From the NCBI RefSeq assembly GCF_020745735.1, contig NC_083410.1, positions 3,198,117 through 3,262,116 of the forward strand: DNA of 64,000 nucleotides, given 5' to 3'. The DNA is from Hemiscyllium ocellatum (lineage: Eukaryota). The notes beneath the pieces were generated by a model. That model saw only the letters and a program-made list of their open reading frames with translations. It searched no databases and had not been told where the DNA came from. Below are positions 54,451-64,000 of this stretch, piece after piece (the first letter of the stretch is position 1; every line of letters begins with the position of its first letter). Position numbers and translations under genes: made by a program.

Positions 54451-55399
54451 GTTCAAGAAGAACAATTAAATGCCACATAATCTGCAAGGACAAAGTTTCC
54501 AAACAGATGTATGAGAGTCAGTACAACTATCATCCCTTAGTTGTACTGATGGACACTATTGTAAGCCCGATGTTCTAAGTTACCTCCAAGGAGTAACCCA
54601 TTTAAGATGGAGATGACAGCATTTTATTTCCCACAGTGGACTGTGAGTATTTTCATCCCACTCCCAGAAAAGGTGATGAATGCACAGTCTGAATATTTTT
54701 AAGACAGAGGGGGATGGATTCTTGGTAATTGAAGGGGGGTTGTGATAGTTTATCGGAGTAGGCAGGAAAGTGCAGTAATCATATCTGCCATGATCTCATT
54801 GAATGATGGAGCAGGTTTGAGTGGCTACTCCTGCATCTAATTTTGACCTTAGAATCATCATCATTATTCTATTATTCCAGAAACCCAGGTAATGTTCTGG
54901 GCACACAGGTATGAATCCTGCCAGGCCAGATGGTGACAGTTCAACCCAATTAGGAGAAGTTAAGAGTCTAATGCTTATTGCAAAACCATGGTCGATTGTC
55001 GGAAAAACCATCTGGCTCTTTAATGTTCTTTATGGAAAGAAACTGCCCTCCTTACCTGGGGTTTGGCCTACATGTGACTCCAGCAATGTGGTGGACACTT
55101 AACTTCTTGTAGGCAATTAGGGTTGGATGATAAATGCTGGCCTAGCCAGCGACACTCTCATCTTGTGAATGATTTATTTTAAAAATTGGCTTGTTTGGGT
55201 GCTCTGCCAATATCTGCAGTTGTTAGATATTAATTGGCCCTGTCTTCCTGTCTGTATTCAGTGTCCAACTTGCCTATCGAGTGGTCAGTCCCCTTGCTTG
55301 ATGTCTGTAGTTTAATGTCCAGGTGCTCATTATACTTTGGAAGATTCAGACCTTCCTGATATCCCAGTGGTAGCCCTCACAATGTTCCCGTGTAACCCC

Positions 55400-55985
55400 A
55401 CTAGATGCTGATGAGACCACATCGGGAGTACTGTGAGCAGTTTTGGTCTCATTATTGAAGCAAATATATCATTTCATTGGAGGCAATTCAGAGAAGGTTC
55501 ACTCAGATGATCTCAGGTATGGGGGAGGGATTGTCTTATGAGCAAAAGCTAAACAGGTTAGCACTCAACTCGTTTGAGTTTAGCAGAACAGGAGGTGATC
55601 TCATTGAAACATACAGAATTCTTTAGAGACCTGACAGGGTAAATGCTGAGAGGATGTTTCCCTTCATGGGAGAGTCTCAGACCAGAGGGTACAGTCTCAG
55701 AATAAAGGGGCACCAATTTAAGATAAAGATGAGGAGGAAATTCTTCTCTCAGAGTGTTGTGAGTCTTTGGAACGCCTTACTACAAAGACCTTTGGAGGCA
55801 AAATCCTTGTGTGTATTTAAGGCTGAGACAGAGAGATCTTTGACCAGTCAGGGAATCACAGGTTATGGGAAAAGGGCAGGAAAATGAACATGAGGAATAT
55901 CGGATCAGCCATGATCCTGTTAAATGGGGGAGCAAGGTCAAGGAACCAAATGGCCTCATCATGTTCCCACTTTTGTGGTCTTATC
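55400..55985 (+). mobile_element. CR1 LINE 3' portion
   Basis: MFPFMGESQTRGYSLRIKG...FFSQSVVSLWNAL. Confidence 0.85.
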
Positions 55986-56879
55986 GTCTAAGTTGATGTG
56001 ACTGCCTCAGTTCAAGGTATAAAGAAATATTAGCCTCCCTTTTCGCAGATTAGTTCATGTAGAATGGAAACAAGGAGAAAGTGGTCAGTACTGTAATGTT
56101 GGTGGGTCATGACCTCTACTCTAGACTAATCCACCATTGACAAGTATTGGTCTGAATCTCCCTGAATCAGATTCAACCCCATTCCAGCCCAGAAACTGCT
56201 TTTGAGTTTACATTTAAATTCTTTCTGCAGTGAATTATTCAGTTGGATGATTGAGGAATGAGTATGCGAACTGGTGGTTTTAAATTATAAAAAAACAAAC
56301 TTTCCAAGTTAGGTTTCTCTGAGATATGATGGAGGAGGAGACAGTGACAGATTGGATGTGACAATTCTTTGAGGATGTGTTGTAACTCAGGAAGTTAGCT
56401 GTCTGCTGGGAAGAGAACTGACATCGCAGTGAAGCTGACAGCTAACTGGTTGGATGGGACTGCCTTTCAATTAATGGAAAACTAACAAACTGTCACTAAC
56501 TAACAACACCAAGATAAAGAACTTCAGCTTTCCAGCAATATGGTCTCTTCTTTATTTGATGTTTGAACTTTGGCAGACATTACATCGATGGTGCAACTGG
56601 GAGCAATAGCAACCAAACCACTCTGACCACTCACCAAACCACCACCACCCCACCCCACCCCCCCATGAGGGTTGGGTGGCGGGATGGAGGGGACACTGAG
56701 GGAGACTGACCAACACATTCTGACCCCTGCAGGGGAGAGACATTGAGAGTGCGGCACACACCGACCTTAGAGGAGGGGACACTGAACAACACACTCTTAC
56801 CCCTGTACAGGGAGAAACACTGAGGGAGACTGACCAACACAGACCAAGAAAAGTGGACAAAGGGATAATGTCATTGAAA

Positions 56880-57955
56880 CATGTCCAGATTGCACAACAG
56901 CAAACACGAAAAGATTTGATTTCCAGAGGTGAGGTGAGACTGGTGGCCCTTGACACCAAGATCACATTCAGCAATTGTGGCATCAAAGAGCTCAGGCAAA
57001 ACAGGAATCACTGGGAGTCAGGGGCAAATTCGCAGTGTTTGGAGTCATAGATGACTCATATGAAGATGGTTGTGGTTGTTGGAGATCAGTCATCTCAGCT
57101 TCAGGACATCTCTGAAGGAGTTCCTTAGGGGAGTGTCCCAGGCCCAACCATCTTCAACTGCTTCAACAATGACCTTCCTTCCATCATAAGGTCAGAAGCT
57201 GATTGTACAATGTTCAGCACCATTCACGACTCCTCAGATACTGAAGCAGTCTGTGTTCAAATGCAACAAAATCTGGACAATATCCAAATTTGGTTTCATA
57301 AGTAACAAATAACATTTTCTCCACATGAGTGTAGGCATTGACTATCTCCAACAAGAGAGAATCTGACCATCACCTCTTGACATTCAATTACTCCTATCAC
57401 TAAATCCTCCACTACCAACATCTGGGGGTTACCATTGACCAGTAACTGAACTGGACACACCACATAAAAACAGTGACTACAAAAGTAGGTCAGAGGTTAG
57501 GAAACCTGCATTGAGTAACGCATCTCCTGACTCCCCAAAACTCTCACAAGTCAGTAATACTCCCTATTTGCCTGGATGGGTGCAGCTTCAACTACACTCA
57601 AGCTTGATGCCATCCAAGACAAAGCAACCCACTTGAATGAACGACATTCACAAACATCTGCTCCCACCATCACTGATCTACAGTAGCAGCCGTGTGTACT
57701 GTCTACTAGATGTACTGCATAACTTGCCAAGTCTCTTCCAACAGCACTTTCCAAACTCACATCCACTTCCATCCAGAAGGGCAAGGGCAGCAGATGGGAA
57801 CACCACATCCTTTAAGTTCCTCTCTAAGCCACTCGCCATCATGACTTGGAAATATATCACTAATCCTTCACCGTCACTGGGTCAGAATCCCGGAATTCCC
57901 TTCCTCAGGGCACTGTGGATCTACCTACAGCATGTGGATTGCAACAGTTCAAGAA
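56880..57955 (+). mobile_element. Non-LTR retrotransposon RT/3' region (L2/Crack-like group)
   Basis: VRLVALD..., GVP*GSVPGPTIFNCFNNDLPS, QQNLDNIQ remnants. Confidence 0.75.
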
Positions 57956-58030
57956 GTCTGGAGTGTAGACATGATTATGTACTCTGTTGGGGATTTGGAG
58001 CTACAGTCTTCAGGCTGAGAGGTACCAGTG

Positions 58031-58162
58031 AGGTACATTCCTGATGAAGGGCTTACACCCGAAACGTCAATTCTCCTGCTCCTCAGATGCTGCCTGCCCT
58101 GCTATGCTTTTCCAGCACCACACTCTTGACTGACTCTTCAGCATCTGCAGTCCTCACTTTCT
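58031..58162 (+). mobile_element. Short Penelope-derived element with 16-bp TSD
   Basis: CTGAGAGGTACCAGTG at 58015-58030 and 58163-58178. Confidence 0.85.
58037..58072 (+). ncRNA. Minimal hammerhead ribozyme motif, family A, near intact
   Basis: AUUC-CUGAUGA-A-GGGC(UUAC)ACCC-GAAAC-GUC. Confidence 0.65.
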
Positions 58163-58668
58163 CTGAGAGGTACCAGTGTTGGCTAAAGTAATTGAAATGC
58201 ATGATATTAACTCATGCCACCTCAGTCAGTTTCTTGCATGTTATGCAGAAGTTTGCTACTTGGGGATGAATTTGTTATATCCTGGACATAAAAATGGATC
58301 CATTCAACAGTAACAAGCAATGGAATTAAGGCAACAGTGAAGTGTAGTCACATAGATTAAACATTTATCAAATTTTCCAGACAGATACACTAATCAAAGC
58401 CAAGCATAGCGAGCAATAGCAGCACGATGGATAACAGGAAACAATAATGGGAAGTGCAGGAGGGTAAAGCCAGGTGAGGGTTAAATAAGAGACTGTTACA
58501 AAGTGGGTGCTGTCAGGAAACATTTACAGTGAGGGTTCTGGGCTCCATCAAGTTTTATAAATTGGGAAATAAAAATTGAAAGAACTGCAGATGCTGGGAA
58601 TCAGAAACAAAAACTGAAATTGCAGGAAAGGCTCAGCTGGTCTAGCAACACGTGAGGAGAGAAAGCAG

Positions 58669-58704
58669 AATTAATGTTTCGGGTCCAGTGACCCTTCCTC
58701 AGAA
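58669..58704 (-). ncRNA. Minimal hammerhead ribozyme motif, family D
   Basis: CUGAGGA-A-GGGUC(ACUG)GACCC-GAAAC-AUU. Confidence 0.55.
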
Positions 58705-58794
58705 ATTGGGAGTGAAGCCTGAGAGTAGCAGTACTTGTGGATGCTTATAACCATGAAACAATTGACAGTAAGAACGAGGTAAAGCAAATGATTA

Positions 58795-59630
58795 ATTTCT
58801 TTCATTCGTTTTCAGGGATATAGGTGTCACTGGCTGAGTCCAGCATTTATTGCCTGTCCCTAGTTGCCCCTTGAGAAGGTGGGGGTGAGCTGCCTTCTTG
58901 AACCACTGCAGTCCATGTGCTGTGGGTTGACCCACAATGCCCTTTGGGAGGGAATTCCAGGATTTGGAACCAGTTACACTGACAAGATGGCGATATATAT
59001 CCAAGTCAGGATGGTGACTGACTTGGAGGGGAACTTGCAGGGGCTGGTGCTCTGATGTATTCTGCTGCCCTTGTCCTTCTAGATGAAATCGGTCGTAGGT
59101 TTGGAAGGTATTGTCTGAGGATCTTTGGTGAATTTCTGCAGCGCATCATGTAGAGAGTACACACTGCAGCTCCTGAGCATCGGTGCTGGAGGGAGTGGAT
59201 GCTTGTGGATGCAGTGCCAAACAAGTGGATGATTTGTCCTGGATGGTGTCAAGCTTCTTGAATGTTGTTGGAGCTGCACCCATCCAGTCATGTGGGGAGT
59301 GTTCCATCACACTCCTGACTTGTGCCTTGTAGACGATGGGTGGGCACTGGGGAGTCAGGAGGTGAGTTATTCATCACAGTATTCCCATTCCCTGCCCTGC
59401 TCTTGTAGCCATCATGTTTATATGGTGAGTTCAGTTGAGTTTCTGGTCAATGGTAATCCCCAGGATGTTGATAGTGAGGGAGATTCAGTGATAGTAAACC
59501 ACTGAATGTCAAGGGGTGGTGTTAGATTGTTTCTTATTAGGGATTTATGGGGCACAAATGTTACTTACCACTTATCAGCCCAAGCTGGAAAGTCACCCAG
59601 GTCTAGCTGCATTTAGAGATGGGCTGTTTC
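58795..59630 (-). mobile_element. Same LINE family, 3' end, inverted orientation
   Basis: reverse complement matches about 57270-57955. Confidence 0.75.
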
Positions 59631-61189
59631 AGACCATCTTAGACAATATCATTCTTTCAATCAATATCAGAAACAGAGACTGAAACACACTATCTCAGTG
59701 CAATGTGTTCCATTCTTGCATTTGATTACAGCAGTAATCATTCAGGCAGCTGACCCACTGAAAATGGATCCCCATTCTGGGGAGGCTGCTGCCCCTTCAG
59801 GGGAATGGTGAGGGGAGGGTGGCCAACAGCAGCCTCTCTGGGTAACAGTGGGTCTGCCAGAGCAGTGCCCACAGTGCGGTCTTGTTTCTTGTTGTCAGCA
59901 CAGTGCTCAAGCAGAAATGCAACGTTTCAATTGGATGAAGAGCAATTGTTCGAAAGAGAAGATTGATTTCCTGAGCTTGACTAAGACCAATCTCCCTGGT
60001 GTGATCTCACCTCTATAACACCTGGATTGATGACTCTGCAGCTGAATATTGCAATTGTGCTCGATTTGTGTGGATTTCACGCATGCTGCACGGTCTGGCT
60101 CTGAAGCTGATTTGAGCCTCGGACCCACCTGTAAATAAAATCCATCACAATCTCTGCCTCGTTATCTCCTATTTCAGGTACTGTGCTGACTTGCAGTTAT
60201 ATCACTGCTCTTTCACGATCATCGGGTCAAATTCCTGGAATTCCATCTGACTGGGAATACTCTAGGTGTCGCTACAGGCCATGGACTACAGTGGTTAGAG
60301 GGGCAGCTCACCACCTCTTCTCCAGGGCAACTAGGGACAGATAATAAACACTGGCCCAGTCACTGACACCCACCTCCCATCTAACAGATTCCTCCTTTGC
60401 AATTACTACTGGCCTTAAAAATACTTTGTTAACTGTTCCTGCTTTGGAATGTCCTGTGGCCATGAAAAATGTTACATTACATCATGTCCTTTTGACTTGT
60501 TTAGTCCCAAATGTTCGTTTGACACAAGATTCTGCTTTCAGTGAAGGCACACTCTCCATCAGGATCCTCCCTCTCTCTCTCTCTCTCTCCCCCCCTCCCT
60601 CTTCCTCACTTTGCCTTTCTCTCTCCCTCTCTCTCTGTCATGTGATGGTTATCAGCCCATGCCCAGAAAGAAGGAATGTTATTGGAACTTTATCAGTTGA
60701 GTGAATAGTGATTGTTTGAGCAAACTCCCTCCCTTGTTCCATGTGCTACATGAGCTTGTTACATTACAGCAGGCAGCTGGTATCTCAAGGACAGGCCCTG
60801 GATTGCACAGAGGACATGGCCACCTTTCACATTCCAAACCTCTTGCGCAGACTTTCCTGTAGTTTCTGTACTTTAGCCTGCATGTGTGTCTATCCACTGC
60901 TCAGGGCTGATGTGGATAGTGCGATACTGCCTGGCTAGAGATATTTTCGCATCAACCCATTCAGAGTTGCTATTACACACCTCCAAACTTTAACCTGGTG
61001 CTCCTAACTCAGAGATAGGGACCATGCCACAGTGCAACAAGGGCCCACTCTGATTCCAGACAGGCAAACCTACAGCTGGATGACAGAGTGAACTTCGAGA
61101 CAGTGAGAGGGTGTGAAATTAGTCCCTCACAACAAACTGATACAGTGCAGGAGCAAAGGGATTGAAAGGCTTTGGGGGTGGGGGGGTGG

Positions 61190-61590
61190 GGGAGAGTGTA
61201 TATGGGGCTGTGGGAGGGGGGTATATGGGTGGGTACAGTCAGTGATGGGGGAGAGTGTACACCGTGCTGTGGGAGGGGGGTAAATGGGGGGTAGGGCCAG
61301 TGAGAGAGGAGAGAGTGTACACGAGGCTGTGGGAGGGGTTAAATGGGGGGTAAGGTCAGTGATGGGGGAGAGTGTACACGAGGCTGTGGGAGGGGGTATA
61401 TGGGTGGGTAGGGTCAGTGAGAGGGGAGAGAGTGTACACGAGGCTGTGGGAGGGGGTATATGGGTGGGTAGGGTCAGTGAGAGGGGAGAGAGTGTACATG
61501 AGGCTGTGGGAGAGGGGTAAATGGGGAGTAGTGTCAGTGATGGGGGAGAGTGTACAAAGGGATGTGGGAGGGGGTATATGGGTGGGTAGA
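61190..61590. repeat. About 60-bp G-rich tandem repeat, about 7 copies; related short copy at about 48415-48510
   Basis: GAGAGTGTACACGAGGCTGTGGGAGGGGGTATATGGGTGGGTAGGGTCAGTGA. Confidence 0.9.
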
Positions 61591-61779
61591 ATCTGTTATG
61601 GGATTCATCTGATGGACAATCAGTACTTAATAGTAAACCCAGAAAAAAGGTTTAAAAATTGTTGTTTACCCCCCTCAAGCCCCCTGTCTCCTGAGCCCTC
61701 CAAAACCCCTGCTCTGTAGTTGAACATCCCAGAGCTCTTTGTGTTTTGTTCCTTTACAGGATTAGATATTAGATAAATT

Positions 61780-62062
61780 ACAGTGTGGAAATAGGCCCTT
61801 TGGCCCAACAAGTCCACACTGACCCGCCGAAGCGCCCACCCAGACCCATTCTCCTACACCTAACACTGCAGACAATTTAGCATGGCCAATTCACCTAACC
61901 TGCACATTTTTGGATTGTGGGAGGAAACCAGAGCACCCAGAGGAAACCCACACAGACACGGGGAGAATGTGCAAACTCCACACAGACAGTCACCTGAGGC
62001 AAGAATAGAACCCGGGTCTCTGGTGCTGTGAGGCAGCAGTGCTAACCACCGTGCCGCCCACA
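61780..62062 (-). mobile_element. HE1-like SINE
   Basis: family sequence. Confidence 0.8.
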
Positions 62063-62339
62063 GATGAGGGGCTGTAGTTACCCCTTGTGTCACACTGCCC
62101 TGCCTTGGGGGTGAGCTGTGTGTCTCTCAGCACGCTCCCTGTACCTCACCCTCATGTGGGATCCTGCTCAGTCTGGACTCCTAAGTTCAGTCAGTCCCTG
62201 CTGCCTGGGAGAGGATCCCAGTCTGGGAGCTCCGGGAGCAGGCAATCCTGGGACAGGGAGCAGCAACTCTTCCTGAGTCTGGAGGGAATAGGATACTGCC
62301 TGTGGGGAAGGCAGTGAAGGGCAGGACAGGAACATGGCA

Positions 62340-62762
62340 GTGAGTGAGAGTGAGTGAATGAGTGAGTGTGAGAGCGCATGTAAGTGAGAGAGAATGAGTT
62401 AGTGTGAGAGCAAGTGTGAGTACGAGTGAGAGAATGTGTCGGTGAGTGTGAAAATGAGTGCGTGAATGTGATTTTGAGAGAACATGTGAGTGAGGAAAAA
62501 TGTGTGAGTGAATGACAGTGACAGTGAGTGTGTATGTATGAGGCTTTATGAGAGAGTATGAGAAAGTGAGTGTGTGAGTCCTTGTGAGCTGGTGAGTGTG
62601 AGTAGTGAGTAAGTGAGAGTGTGTGAAAGTGTGACAGTGAGTGATTGTGAGCGTGAGTGGGTGAATGTGAGAGTTAGTCAGTGTGTGTGGGTGAGTGAGA
62701 GTGAGTGACAGAGTGAGTGAGTGTGTGAGTGAGTGAGTGTGTGTGTGAGTGTGAGTGTGTGA
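62340..62762. repeat. Degenerate (TGAG/TG)n simple repeat
   Basis: direct reading. Confidence 0.9.
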
Positions 62763-64000
62763 GGAGGCCGGTTGTGAAACAGTTAAGGCAGCCGGAATGA
62801 TGAGCCGCTGGGTGTCAGGGTCAGGGACACCCACTCTGCTTTAGCTGCCTGCTTCCAGCTGCTCAGAGCTGCTCCCTGAGGGAGCCTCGGCTGCTGGCTT
62901 CGGAGGAGAAGACAGAAGGTCAGATAGGAGCACTGTGCAGCGGGCACTGTGTGGCCTGAATCCCTCACAGCAGCGCCTGGTTCTGGCTGTGGGCACAGTG
63001 ATGGGGAGAGAATCCCTCCACTCAGAATCTCGCCTACCCTTATGGAGGGACTCCTACCCCTGAGGGCTGCACTGCCGGCGAGAACTGGACTTTCACCGCA
63101 GCCACTGCTTGTGAGGATAGATTGGCTTCCGCACTCAGGATCACTTGCTTACAGAGGGGAGATTACAGAAACCACAGTCGGGATGGGACTGTACTGAGAA
63201 GCTGGGGAAAGTGACAATGAAGACAAGGATTGAATAAAATTCAGGTCAGTGCCACTATCCAAACTGCAGGATAGCAAGTTTTTAGTTAGAGCGGGGTGAG
63301 GTGTGACCGTGTGAAATGGGTGAATTTAATGTAAACAGGTCTTGGTCCGGAGCCTCACCAGTGCAGCATTAGTGAATGAAACAGTGTCCCAAAGACTTAA
63401 ATCGACAAATTCAACCAGAGAAAACTTCAGACACATCAGGAAAGACTGGAGTTGAATTGGAAAGATGATGATGGGACCCTCCACTTCCTCCTTGACAGTT
63501 GGCTTCCTGTTTTAGATATTTTTTAGTCAACCTGTTTCAGGCTTACTGTTACACAGCCCTGGAGTAGGTGAGACTTGAACCCACGCCTCCAGCTCACAGG
63601 TAGGGATACTAACATTGTGTCACAACAGCCCTTTTGCACAGAGCTATTTTCAAATTTAGTCAGTTTTCATAATAAACCCTTTTAGAGAAATTTTATGACA
63701 CAGCCCTGAGGTAAGTAGATCTTGAACCTTGGACTTCTGGTCTGTACCACAAGAGGGACCCCTTAATTCCCATCTTAATGAAAAAAAATCCACACAAGGG
63801 ACCACCAGATTGTTGCAGAGATCCAGGAGATTTCATGAGTGTTCTCTAGGAAGTGTCCTGAGTTCCTTGCCTGAACTGACTGTACATTCAGTGTCTGAGC
63901 AGCTCCTAAAATGTAATCAAACTGCCACAGCGTTGTTTGTGAGTCAGGCCCAGCAGCATCCGCTCTGAGCATGGCAATAAATGCAAGCCTTGCCATTGAT

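Noticed and set aside
60826-60883. Protein-like peptide MQAKVQKLQESLRKRFGM on the minus strand
   Set aside because: In-frame stop just upstream, no credible acceptor, adjacent to a short repeat

Overview
Eukaryotic genomic DNA, very probably from a shark (cartilaginous fish). This is inferred from its HE1-like and Deu-type SINEs, dense CR1 LINEs and Penelope relics. Two protein-coding genes are supported. MCM3 lies on the minus strand: coding exons 1-11 map between 22802 and 6246, all with GT-AG junctions and consistent phases, and the gene continues past the left edge. PAQR8 (membrane progestin receptor beta) lies on the plus strand as a single coding exon ending at 45520; this divergent order matches the human locus. 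The rest is retroelement debris and tandem repeats. The most notable signal is about 15 minimal hammerhead-ribozyme motifs (CUGAnGA-stem II-GAAA-palindromic stem III-NUH) in at least four sequence families. They sit in short Penelope-derived, often hairpin-shaped insertions, several with clean 12-16 bp target-site duplications, and one intact motif lies on the MCM3 pre-mRNA strand. Two other points stand out: MCM3 exon 1 sits between a GC-box minisatellite and a G-quadruplex-type minisatellite, and the expected PAQR8 start codon appears shifted out of frame by 2 nt.
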